A stretch of 64,000 nt of DNA from Bugula neritina (taxonomy: Eukaryota > Animalia > Bryozoa): the NCBI GenBank assembly GCA_964035545.1, contig OZ037765.1, positions 8,628,698 to 8,692,697 on the forward strand, read 5' to 3'. Positions within the stretch are counted from its first letter, which is position 1; each line of letters starts with the position of its first letter. The position numbers and the translations under genes were made by a program. Under the pieces are notes generated by a model, which searched no databases, was not told where the DNA came from, and saw only the letters and a program-made list of their open reading frames with translations. This document shows positions 22,792 to 33,633 of the stretch, in pieces.

Positions 22792-25050
22792 TTACTGTTT
22801 ACTGGCACGTCTACTCTCGACTGCATCAACATAGGAAAAGACCGGACAGCGTGGTTGTGAAACGTGACTAGGGCTTTTCACTTCCAGCGGATGAATCTCG
22901 TGTGAGATTCCGCCGAGGCAAAAGTTGAGATTCTCGTGGTGATCACAACTCCCACGGCTCTTTGCCTGTTTTCCCATGCGAGGCCTCTCTAGACTTTTGT
23001 TACTGCCGCTTATACCGCGGTCACGTACACAGTCTCTGAGACACGCTGGAAGTTGCCTAGTGTGTGGTGCTGGTCCTATGTTGGCATCTCCTTGCGGAGC
23101 CCCTCCCACGGGGGGTTTTTGCACTTCCGGACCTGTTTCTGGTTCCGGAAGTGGTGATGATGGCAGGCTTGACGTTGGGGGCGGTGGGCGCACTTTCAAG
23201 GACGGAAGTGGCCTTTCTCGCCTCGCCAAGTCTTCCTGACGTGTCATGGAGGTGTTTCCGGCCAGGTTGACAGTCTCCGCCTGCCGAGACCTTCTCGCAC
23301 AATGCGTCTGCCGCCCCGCTTCACCAGGGAGACGGCTATGCTTGTTGGTCTGGCAGACTTTGCACCGTCTCACTCTGCGTCGGATATCCCGTTCCATGTT
23401 AGGCCAGTACCACCGGAGTTGTAGCTTGGTGACCACCCCTTGGACTCCTCCGTGAGTCTCCTCGTGGGTGTCTTGTATCAACTTCCGGCGGATGGCAACT
23501 GGGCAGACAACCCTCTTCCTGGCTGGCTGTCTGCTGTTGGCGGCCAAGGTCATGGTTAGCAGACCATCTGGCCCGACCCGCAGAGAGCTCCAACGTTGAC
23601 AGTACAGCCGTAACTCGGCGCATCCCTGTCGCCGTTGTGTACTACTGGGTCGTCGCCCCTCCTGTTTCGCTCGGTACACGTCGGCTACCACCCCAGGAAG
23701 GCATTCCTGGAGCTTCGGCAGCTCCCTAACGTTACCAGCCCATACAGGTTTGGCGCGGAGGCTCTGGGCAGCCTCCGGGGGCGTGTCAGCCCTCTGTTGA
23801 AGTGGCTGAGCAGGGGCGGTCCTCGCCGCCCGTGGTACCTCACGGCAGCCTGCTCTATTTAGGCGGGCTCCGTGGTTTGTGTGGCTGAACGCCTCACTGT
23901 ACCCATGTGGCAACCTAGCCCTAACCTGGCGCTTCCCGTTGCCTGTGCAGCCACGCGTCCCTGGAGGGGGGGAGGCGTGGGTTGGGACGGTCCTCCGCCC
24001 TCGAGACGGGCTCTGCTGAGGACCTTCCGTCGTAGCTCCCGACGACGGCCCAATGGCTTCCTCCTGGACAGGATGGAAGTGACCCAGCATGGATCTGGGT
24101 GGTAGGTCTACTGTCTCTGAGAAGGGGTTGACACACTGCACTGAGATCTCTCCTTGCCCCGTGAGCCGGCTAAAACTACGGGCAAGTTGGACTCTCGAGT
24201 GCGTACTTTCGACAACTCCCAACTTAGAGGTTTGGCCACCGTCTACCTTGCAGCGGACGGTAGCCCGGGAGTGGCCTGGTATAGTACAGCTCCGTACTAC
24301 CTGCACTGCTCCCGCTAGAGGACGACCAAACTTATCGACACAAGCGAGCTCCTTGTCGCCCATGATTATCGCAGATTTACTGAAATCAATGCGACAACCG
24401 TGTCGTTGTAAGAATGGCATCCCGAGGATAGCATCCTCGTTGAGCTGCCCGACGATGAACGTCTCTTGGATGGCCTGGCTACGGACGTAACCAGTTAGCT
24501 CAATAATGCCGTAGAAGGGAATGCACGACCCGTCTGCCAAGGTGCCGTGATCCCCCTCGTACGGTGCCAACCTGTCCTTGACCTTAGCGCTGAGGGTGTC
24601 AAAGAACTGACGGCTAAGGAGGTTGGTGGTGCAGCCGGAGTCCAGGAGGAAGTTGGCAGGCTTGCCGGCTAACTTCCCTGGCAGGAAGTAGCTACTTCCG
24701 TGCGGCTGCAGTTGAGTGTGCCGTGGTTGCACCTCCCTCGCTGTGGGTCGAGGGGTCCACGGTTGGCGGCGACTATTGACCAGCTGCCGAGGTTGGGGCG
24801 GTACGCCTTGCGGCGCTTGTACCGTTTCCCTCGCAGGCTCTGTGGTCAACCGTCTGCCGGCTCCGTGTTGGTGCCGGAGTGGCGTAGAGGACCCAGGCGG
24901 CGAGTGGCTTGAGCCTACTTGCCGCGGGGGTCGCCACTTCACAGCATCTCCGCGCGGCGCCCAGCGGGGCGACAGACGCGCGGGCCTCCCTGGGTGATTT
25001 ACAGACGGCCCGCAGGAGGTGGGAACATCTGCGGGCCGGGGTAGTTTAAC
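22792..25050 (-). CDS. pol: Internally deleted pol: aspartic protease, integrase HHCC finger and integrase C-terminal tail; no RT, RNase H or integrase DDE core
   Basis: FLLDSGCTTNLL and AILGMPFL (retropepsin); THEETHGG..WYWPNM..CKVC (integrase zinc finger). No YxDD or DDE core. Lies in the -1 frame relative to gag. Confidence 0.85.
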   Translation of the reverse strand, partial: VKLPRPADVPTSCGPSVNHPGRPARLSPRWAPRGDAVKWRPPRQVGSSHSPPGSSTPLRHQHGAGRRLTTEPARETVQAPQGVPPQPRQLVNSRRQPWTPRPTAREVQPRHTQLQPHGSSYFLPGKLAGKPANFLLDSGCTTNLLSRQFFDTLSAKVKDRLAPYEGDHGTLADGSCIPFYGIIELTGYVRSQAIQETFIVGQLNEDAILGMPFLQRHGCRIDFSKSAIIMGDKELACVDKFGRPLAGAVQVVRSCTIPGHSRATVRCKVDGGQTSKLGVVESTHSRVQLARSFSRLTGQGEISVQCVNPFSETVDLPPRSMLGHFHPVQEEAIGPSSGATTEGPQQSPSRGRRTVPTHASPPPGTRGCTGNGKRQVRARLPHGYSEAFSHTNHGARLNRAGCREVPRAARTAPAQPLQQRADTPPEAAQSLRAKPVWAGNVRELPKLQECLPGVVADVYRAKQEGRRPSSTQRRQGCAELRLYCQRWSSLRVGPDGLLTMTLAANSRQPARKRVVCPVAIRRKLIQDTHEETHGGVQGVVTKLQLRWYWPNMERDIRRRVRRCKVCQTNKHSRLPGEAGRQTHCARRSRQAETVNLAGNTSMTRQEDLARRERPLPSLKVRPPPPTSSLPSSPLPEPETGPEVQKPPVGGAPQGDANIGPAPHTRQLPACLRDCVRDRGISGSNKSLERPRMGKQAKSRGSCDHHENLNFCLGGISHEIHPLEVKSPSHVSQPRCPVFSYVDAVESRRASKQ

Positions 25051-25964
25051 CCTGGTGGGAGTTGAGGGCAGTTTCTCTGGAAATGTCCTGGCCTTCCGCA
25101 TTCCCAGCAGAAGTGGTGCCCCATGTCTGGTGATTGTACCTGCGGCCCGCAAGGCTCACGGGCAGTATCTACCTGGCTTGGGGAGGCTAATGTGGTGACC
25201 AGTTTATCTAGCATGTCAGTCATCTGTGAGATTTTTGACACTAGTGACATCTGGTTCACATTAGCCACCGCGGAGGGTTCCGCATTTACTTCGGTGTGAG
25301 CAGTAGAGTGCTCCGTGGTCACCTGGCGGGAGGCCACGCGGTTGCGGTGCATATGAGTCGCCAAGAAATAGGCTTCTCCCACCGCAAGTGCATCTTCGAC
25401 TGTGGTGACTCCCCTCGCTTGGAGTTGATGGTGGAGCCCCAAGTCGTTGATGGACTGCACGAAGGCATCATAGGTATACCTCTCACGGTGTACCGGAGGC
25501 AGATCGCGGAATGCGATCTGCGCTAATGGGTACACCGTGGCAGCGTGCTCTTCTAGTGACGTGTGAGGATCACGCCGCATCCTCTGCAGACGGGCCCGCG
25601 CATCTATGGGAGAGATGCCAAAACGGGCCCGCAGGGAAGCAAAGATTCCGTCTATGTCAGGTCCAGCTCCGTACGGCTTAGCTTTGCCCGTCAGCGCCAT
25701 CCTGAGCTTTAGCAACGCCACCCTTGGCGGCCATTCTGCAATCTCCATCACATCTTGGAATTCTTGAATAAACTGCTCCACTGCTTCTTCGCCAGTGAAG
25801 GTGGGCGCCTTCAGCCGGTATCTATCTTCACCATGCCCTCTAAGAATTCTCACTTCTTCATCTAACACCACTGGTTCCACAGGTATATCAACATTATCTC
25901 TCTCACCTTCATTCAGTGGAATGGGTAGCTCCGTGCCGTCTTCTGCCATGACTGCTATACGCAA
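24999..25964 (-). CDS. gag: Gag with C-terminal CCHC zinc knuckle
   Basis: KAPTFTG..VEQFIQEF..W..LRMALTGKA capsid-like motifs; CWECGRPGHFQRNC knuckle; begins just after the PBS (first ATG near 25949). Confidence 0.9.
   Translation of the reverse strand: MRIAVMAEDGTELPIPLNEGERDNVDIPVEPVVLDEEVRILRGHGEDRYRLKAPTFTGEEAVEQFIQEFQDVMEIAEWPPRVALLKLRMALTGKAKPYGAGPDIDGIFASLRARFGISPIDARARLQRMRRDPHTSLEEHAATVYPLAQIAFRDLPPVHRERYTYDAFVQSINDLGLHHQLQARGVTTVEDALAVGEAYFLATHMHRNRVASRQVTTEHSTAHTEVNAEPSAVANVNQMSLVSKISQMTDMLDKLVTTLASPSQVDTAREPCGPQVQSPDMGHHFCWECGRPGHFQRNCPQLPPGLNYPGPQMFPPPAGRL
25006..25050 (-). promoter_or_regulatory. Predicted -1 ribosomal frameshift cassette (G_UUA_AAC plus stem-loop)
   Basis: Heptamer at 25050-25044 in the correct gag phase, 5-nt spacer, perfect 10-bp stem CGGCCCGCAG/CTGCGGGCCG (25038-25029 / 25015-25006). 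Confidence 0.75.
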
Positions 25965-25965
25965 G

Positions 25966-25983
25966 ATCCCACCGCTGCCACCA
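25966..25983 (-). other. Primer-binding site, tRNA-Leu type
   Basis: TGGTGGCAGCGGTGGGAT begins 1 nt after the 5' LTR and is complementary to the metazoan tRNA-Leu 3' end (ATCCCACCGCTGCCA-CCA). Confidence 0.85.
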
Positions 25984-25984
25984 C

Positions 25985-26336
25985 TGTAGTAATTTGTGCA
26001 ATTACTGAGCGTGAGTTATTTACTTGCGTATAGTTAGCTGGTTATTCTGTTATCGATTACTAGGGTAGCTGTCGAGTAATTATATTTATTATCCACAATA
26101 AAGCATAAACCAAACATCACATCAAATTATCCTATACAAGAGTCAACTACTAACACATGTTACTACTACAAGCCTCCGCTTACAACAACGTGATATAATG
26201 TTAATAACCCGGGAAGTGTCACGTGACTCGGAAGCATATCTTCCGGAGCTGCTAATTGGTTGCTACATAAGAGTCTAAGTATTCCAAGAATAGGGAGAGG
26301 GCGATTCCTGTATTTGTACTTGCACTACTCACTACA
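25985..26336 (-). repeat. 5' LTR of element 1
   Basis: 352 bp, identical by eye to 21074-21425; adjacent to the PBS. Confidence 0.95.
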
Positions 26337-28658
26337 ATATGTCCCTGAAAGCGACACTATCCACAGATCAATGGACCATATATGGTCTTTTAGGTAAACA
26401 AACAATAGCGCTTACTTTAAACTTCCAGTTTTCAACCGAAAAGCCTAAAACTTTTTTGTAATTGAGGTTGATAGGGCAGCTTAGTAACTATGGAATAATT
26501 AGAGCCATTAAATTTGATTAAATTAATAGCTACCAAGCCAGCTAGTTGCTTTTCAATTTAATCCTAAAATTTCAAAATTGTCGGTAAATTTTAACGCTAC
26601 TTTCAAATGCATGAAACTGCTGTCAAATTATAGAGAGCCAGTTTATTTTATTCAGATTACATTTAGAAGATTATCTAAATAAACAGAAATGTTAAATTCA
26701 CTATATTTTGAATCATATTATAAATTAATTTTATCATTTTGATTTTTCAATTTTAAAATAGCGGTTTTGAGAGGCAAATTAAAATGACTGATTTTAGCTA
26801 GAATTGAGGTCTCCTGTCACTTTAAGAAGCTTTTTATAAAAGAAAATACTCTTAAAATTATAATACCCAGTTTAATTAAGGCCAAAATCAAGTGTAACTT
26901 TTTAATATTGAAATTGAAAGTTATGCAAAATTTGTTAGCAAATTTCGCGATAAACTCAAACGAGGCTTGAAATTACGTAACTTCAAAGTTGATCGCCAAA
27001 GGGTTAAAGGACGGGAAAGTGTCACTGAAGCCAGAAATCTTCTTGAACTGGTACCACTAGAATCCAGAAGACGAAACCATCGAATGACATTACTACACAA
27101 AATTCTAGAAAATGAAACCAGCAATAATACTTTATCTTCTAATTATGATGAGATCGTCAACAACCGCTTAAATACAACTATGACCACTAGAGCTGCGAGC
27201 AGAGGACAGTTAACATCAATATCTGCAAAGACTAGTGTCTACCACAACAGCTTCCTTCCCCGAACAATACGGGACTTGAGAATAAATGTTCATGAATAAT
27301 TAGAAAAAAAATCAGTGACATGCTGATTCACTGCCTACCCACTGTAACACACTGTTATAAACGAGGCATTTAACTTACACATTTTTGTGATATCTAAATG
27401 TTCTATCGACACAGAATGTGCCATCAGAATCACACTGTGACATTGTGAGTGTCCGTGATTCACTGTGACTGTAAATTCTTTATTATTATTTAATTTTATT
27501 ACTCATAAATTTGAAACTGTAACTTGAAGTTAAACTTACTCTTAGGCATTTAATGATTGATATTATAATTATAATTATACTGACAGTAACAGTAATAATA
27601 ATATTAATTATAGTTCTACTTATATGTATAACCATAGGCATAAGTCTATGACTAAGAGTAAGTATAATTAAAACTCTAAAATTAAAACTATTGTAGTAGA
27701 TTTTGGCTGTAAATATTATTAATGTTATCTTCCCTGCAGTACTTTGTAGTCTTGCATATTATTATCATGCCTGTGGGTAATAGTTGGCTGTGTACTAAGA
27801 TGCATTTAGCCGTTCATATCTAGAATCTTCTTTTACTTTTTCTTTGTTCTTATACCATGTAGTGGGTAGCGGGGTAGTTATGTATAAGCCTGGATCGGGC
27901 TAGTCTAGAACTTTCTATAACTTCCATTGTTCATGCATATGGGATTGCTTTCTATTGGTTAGTTTGTAAATAATGATGCAGTCCATATGGCGTGATGAGC
28001 TCCCTGGCAGACGCCCGAATTCGGCAGAATTGGATGCATGAATGTCGATTCGGGTATCCGATTACTCTGATTGGGACTCTTATTAGATTTTCGGACGCCC
28101 CAAATGTGCTGATTCGGCATATTTGAACGCCCAAATCGGTTACCCATCTCAGAATGAGACTTTCCACTCATATATAAGTGAGGTGGAATGCCTCGGTGGG
28201 TGAGTAGGGCCGGAGCTGCGCTTAGTGACAGTACTCTCTTTATTATTACATGTTGTTATAATTACCTTTTGGTGGCTACTCTATTGTAATGAGTCAGACA
28301 TGGGCTCTATAATAAGCAAGTCTTCAATACATTTTATCTGACTGGCAAATCTCGTCTTCTCTCTCATACTCTTTGGCAAAGAGCTCTTATGTTCTGGTTG
28401 TAGCATCAGCTTCTTGTGAATCTCCAGTGATTTTATAACCCTGCATTCCCTCGCAGGATAAAATTACTACACTATTCGAGTAATTCAAATATAAAATTGA
28501 AATAACTGTTTTCATGCTGAAATTTACTGTGTTTTACAGTATAATTATAATGATTAAGTTAATTGAAATAGCTTTTTACGAAGCATCAATAATAACAATA
28601 TTTGTTTATTTTACAGGCAAAAAACTTACCTTAATCATAACTACCTAATAGAATTCTA

Positions 28659-28867
28659 ATGCCTCGTGAAATTTCAACATATCCAATTTCTAACTGTATA
28701 AAACAGAGATTGTTCAAGGCTGGATATCAGTATGACAGCTGCCTTAAAACACCAACAGTTACTCCCTTGACATTGTCAAAAGGTAAGAAGATATAATTGT
28801 GGCTCTTCAAGTTTGATAGCCTGACTTGCTTACTATATATTATTATAAGGTATATTGAGTATTTATG

Positions 28868-28957
<90 letters not shown>

Positions 28958-31900
28958 ATATATATGTATATATGCGTGGCATTGCAACACTTTGCTTGCT
29001 AAATAAATAATAATTTTAGAGATTACTATAACACCTGCCTATTATTTACTTTTGTGTGCAGTATTGTATTTCACACTGTGGTTAGTTTGATAATCACTTT
29101 ATCACATGAGAAAAAGAAATATAAAGTTGAAATATTTTGTTAAATAATTGTAAGGAATTTAGGGCGATTTTTAGTATCTTTGCAGCAGTTAAATGTTACT
29201 GTGATTATTTTATTCCAATAAGCAGCTAGCTGCATTTTTAAGTATAATATGTAATAGTTTATTTGTTGTGATCAAACCATGGTGATAGGTCCTAAAAGCA
29301 TGATGGTTTTTGCTGTAAAGTGCTAATATTAGTTTTTCAATGATGGATAAAATGAAACAGTAGCATGTATTATAATATTCTTAACATTGTCCAGAAATTG
29401 CTACAGAATAGGAGCATTGCATTCTAATTTTTACAGTATTCTAGCAGCCATTTTTAGCAAACATAGCAGAAGTAGAGGTCAGCTAGGTATTTTTATTGAT
29501 AAATAATGTAGCATGGAGATAAAGTAGCTAATAAATGAATATAATTTCGTGTATATAACAGAACTATTAATTTATATTTTTTGATGCGCTCTTGACTATT
29601 TAACATCAAAATAAGTTTTCATAATACTAAACATTATATTACTTGTTTTAATTCATGTTTAGATGCCTGTATTTCCGTTGAAGAGGCTCTTAACGTAATC
29701 AAGCTAGTTAAAGGAAGTGCCACAACAAATGCAGATGACATCATCAAGTCTTGCACAGCAGATGTTCTAGCAAAGGAGGAGCAATCGGCATGTGGCATTG
29801 TAACATTCTGCCAAAGCATTGATACTATGTTTGGTAATGGGATTCCTTTGGGAAAAATAACAGAGTTTTGCGGAGTGCCTGGTGTTGGAAAAACACAATT
29901 GTGGTAAACATAACTTGTTGTTACATAATCGACTGGTCCTCCTATAATTGGTCTGATTAGTTCTAGTCAAAACTATTGAAAAAAATAAATAATTCAGTCA
30001 AAATAATTTATTGAATCTGATAATTATGCCAACCAATAGCAGTTGCTCCTTGAGTTGTGCTATAGTTTTTTCTCAAGTATGTTATATAATCATTGCAATA
30101 AGATGCTTTTTTCATCTATTCTTTTTTCACTACCGTAAATCTGTTCCAGTAAGACTCATAAATGGTTTATAAAAGAGATATGAATAAATCTAAATCTAAC
30201 GGGTTTTCGTAACGTTGTTAATTTATTTCTTGTATTTTCAGCATGCAATTATGTGTCGATTGTACAATACTAGAAGTGTTTGGTGGTGTGCAAGGTCAAG
30301 CTATATATATTGACACAGAAGGCAGTTTTGTGGCTGAAAGAGCAGCTCAGATATGTTCTTCAACTATTAATCATTGTCATAATGTTGCAGAACAAACTCA
30401 AGATCCAGGTATTTAGACCACAATAAGCTTATAATGCTGTGAATTTTCAAAAACTCTTTTTAAAAGTTGTCTGCCTGTATTTATAGTTGCTAAATTATAG
30501 TATGTTTATATTCAATTATTTGGTTGTAGAGATGAAATCTGGAATCAAAGATTTTACGTCCGAATATATCATGAAATCTATTCACTACTTTCGATGTAAC
30601 TCGTGCGTGGAGCTGATTGCATTGGCACAACAACTACCAAAATTCATCAAAGAAAATTGTTCCAACAACGTACGTGTTAAATTTGGCATTACACGCTTAC
30701 ACACTTTTATTCAAATTGCTTTTACAATTTTTTCCTCCAATACTGAAATGCATTCAAAGTAAGCATATCAACACAGTAATTCAACACTATTTTAGGAGAC
30801 ATCAATGGTTTTTATTTGCGTAATTTTTTTAATCATCTTATGTCGTATTTTTCATCATGCGTTTTACGTGTTAAATGGTTGTTTTGATGTTTGCAGGTTA
30901 AACTGATAGTTGTTGATAGTTTTGCATTTCACTTTCGCCATGATTGGAATGATATGTCATCGAGAACCAGAGTGATGAACAGTTTAGCACAGCAATTCAT
31001 GAAAATGGCTTTTGTAACAAAATTAGCTGTGAGTCTCACAAGTTTCACTTTTAAAACTCGCTAGGCTACACTGCATTTCCATTGCCATTATGGGAATGGA
31101 TTTTTCATTTGATGTTTAGGAACAATTGCATTCAATGAAACCACAAACATAAGTTAATGCAAACCACAATATTCATACAACATCCAATAATGCGAAGTAA
31201 TGGAAACGCAGTGTTGGAGAATCTAAACTGTCAGTAGGCCTATTTATTGTTGTTAGCATTACTATACCACTGTAATATTGGTGACAAAAACTCTAATAAA
31301 TATATTTCCAATAAATGTTGATTTAAAACTTTTCAAGTTAACCATAATTTCGAATTACTTCATGAGCTTTCGTGTGCTTTGTCGGTATATTATTATATTA
31401 GTATTGTTGTGCGAAGCACAATGTTTGTGTGGGCTTCTAGTGAGCAATATGCATCTAGTCACAAGCAGTTCACTGATATTTTCGTGTGTAAGACTTAATT
31501 ATAAAACTGTAAAATATGGCGTAGAAATCTCTATAAGTATTAGTACAATGTTACTTATCATCACGGCAAGTATACGCTAACTAACTAAAAATAAATTGTT
31601 CTGCTTGGCTTCATCCAATAATTGCCAATCACTCTCTGATTGGCAGGGGGATACGCATGAGGCGTAAACCACGCCCCATTACAGTATATAGATTTCATTC
31701 GATTGAAGTGCAAAAGTCTCTTGTAACATGTTATAAATTATATCCTTGGTTATTTTTTACTTCAGTACATTTAAGCAATTTTTGCATTTACTATATGTTT
31801 GCAATTTCTAGTTTTACTACAGACCGCCAATCATTCTCTTTTTCTATGAGTTTTGTGTCCATTCTCAAACATTGGTTCTGGTTTAAACATGCTATATGCA

Positions 31901-32599
31901 TCATAATAAAATAACACATAATTGCTTGTGCCGGGTGTCCTATGTGCTAATTAGTGTATTCTCACCTATCTCCGCTTTGTCCTGTTCGAGTAGCGGGTGG
32001 CTGCCGGAGGCCTAGCTCAATTAGTCTTCTTCACCTAAGGGTCCTAACCCATGTGCTAATTAGTGTATATATTCTGTCTTTGAACTTTTCTAGTTATAAG
32101 AAGAGTCCATTTTCTGCAGTCATGTGCATTTCAACAGTTCTATCTTTTAGGTTGTATTTGTCAATCAGATGACTACAAAGCTGAGTGGAGGTGATAGTAA
32201 AATTGTTCCAGCTCTCGGAGAAAGCTGGAGTCATGTGGCTACTAACCGAGTTCTGCTGTTTTGGAAAAATGGCGTCAGATGTGCAAATTTATTCAAGTCT
32301 CCAAATTGTAAAGAGGCCACTGTTCCATTTTGTGTTACTGTGAGTTATTATTCTATAAGATGCAGCATAATAACTGTAATATAGTTAACTCGCACAGCAT
32401 AACTATGAGCCGGGAGTTGCTTTCCCTATTTTTGTGGGAAAATTGAAAATCAGCTTGCAAGTATTAACAGATTAAAGAACATTGAAACACTATTTTTTAT
32501 AAATTACAGGTTGATGGAATTCGAGATGTGACTTGTTCTGATAGCAGTAATGACTCAAGTGATGTGTCTGCAAAAAAGAGAAAACTTTCTGAATTCTAG
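28659..32599 (+). CDS. RAD51C: DNA repair protein RAD51 homolog C (7 coding exons)
   Basis: Exons approx. 28659-28782, 29663-29903, 30242-30408, 30530-30669, 30897-31028, 32151-32339, 32510-32599. Walker A ITEFCGVPGVGKTQ, AIYIDTEGSF, Walker B LIVVDSFAFHFRHD..SRTR, NQMTTK, PALGESWSH, LFKSP and GIRD. Confidence 0.92.
28869..28972. repeat. (TA)n(TG)n compound microsatellite
   Basis: Directly visible in the first coding intron of RAD51C. Confidence 0.95.
31068..31214. mobile_element. Small MITE-like element (~147 bp) in a RAD51C intron
   Basis: Terminal inverted repeat ACACTGCATTTCCATT / AATGGAAACGCAGTGT (15/16); no clear TSD. Confidence 0.45.
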
Positions 32600-33633
32600 T
32601 TTTGTATTCCCCTGTTACTGGCTGTAAATGTGAATTTAATAAAAGAAATTTATTTTGTTACTGTATTTTGTATATTTACATTAGTATTAGTTTCTGTTGA
32701 GCATATAGTAATTGACATAACATAAGTTTGGATCTTATAATTTTCAAACTATGATTATTATTAATAATAGGTAGTAGTTGACATTAGCTCAATAGTTCGG
32801 TGAAACAAAATAACAACATTTTAAGTACTCTCAGTGTTGACTTACTTTTATGGGCTACACCTAATAAAAATTTATGGATATTTTATTTGTACCATCTAGT
32901 GTTTTTATGAACAGCTTCAGTTATGCATTAGCAGCCCTTTAATACAATTGGTTAGGTTACTGTCTGTTATACAGGAAAATGAGTTTCCATGTACATTGCT
33001 TTGTTGTTAGTTTCTTATGACTATATATTATGTATTCAATGTATTTTTGAAAGCAGGGTAAAGAGCATATCGCGCACTGTTGTGTCCAACCATTGAAATG
33101 GAATGGATATTTATAATTGTACCATTTTAATGTATATGCAACTCCTGATTTCGAAGCCGCCGTAGAAGGTGTTGAACCCTTCAGTGGAAAGATAAGGTAA
33201 CTCTGAAATGCAGACTTGTACACATGAACGCACGTGCTAATGTAGAAGTAAACTTGCTCTTCGGTTTGAGGCTACGAGCAAAGTTAATAGATCACGCTGG
33301 CTCTGAGTTTCATTACTAAGCGGTTTCGGTTTACCTTCAAGTAAAGAAACAATCAACTTAAACTAACTCTAAGCAATTTCAATTTACATTTATTGATTTA
33401 TAAATATGAAGGCAACACACTCACTGAGACAACAACTTTAGAGTCAAACTGTGAAAATAAACACGCACGTCTAGTTCTAGTAATACTATTAGTACTAGTA
33501 GTAGTTCAAAGTGTGCGTGTTGACTTTAATCGCGAAGCCTAAAAGTAAAACCTAAACTCAAACTGTCAAGTCCATTATATTGGTGATTAATATTCATAAC
33601 TGCGTGAATGCTCAATAACTTTTAGAATCTGTT

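Larger units (their letters stand above)
21074..26336 (-). mobile_element. Ty3/Gypsy LTR retrotransposon (element 1, 5263 bp): non-autonomous, with an accessory zinc-finger gene
   Basis: Two 352-bp LTRs (TGTAGT...ACTACA), 4-bp TSD ATAT (21070-21073, 26337-26340), PBS, PPT, gag, deleted pol and an extra 3' ORF. Confidence 0.95.
21047..27003. mobile_element. piggyBac-like non-autonomous DNA transposon (~690 bp without the nested LTR element)
   Basis: TTAA duplications at 21043-21046 and 27004-27007. TIRs CCCTTACGCGATCAA / TTGATCGCCAAAGGG match at 13/15. Internal direct repeat GATCAATGGACCATATAT; no transposase ORF. Confidence 0.85.
20557..27311 (+). mobile_element. 5'-truncated LINE (CR1/L2-group ORF2 RT C-terminus), interrupted by nested insertions; pieces 20557-21046 and 27004-~27311
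   Basis: YADD at 20574-20585, then W..KWKMPFNASKC, YLGI, AYTSLCRPILEYG..WDP and ESVQRKAVRFI. Removing the insert restores the frame (FISTVKGRESVTEARNLL..LESRR..HNSFLPRTIRD). An A-run follows the stop at 27299; the exact 3' end is uncertain. Confidence 0.9.

Noticed and set aside
22976-25989. Many antisense and alternate-frame ORFs inside element 1 (also 61917-63930 in element 2)
   Set aside because: Expected in GC-rich coding DNA; no motifs and no convincing independent conservation.
27950-28240. GC-richer patch with GACGCCC/GATTCGG repeats upstream of RAD51C
   Set aside because: Could be a TE remnant or promoter, but I found no TIR, TSD, RNA-gene motif or credible ORF.
32957-33330. Possible small gene or ncRNA between RAD51C and RRP7A
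   Set aside because: No recognisable protein or snRNA/RNase P/MRP motif and no consistent splice structure.
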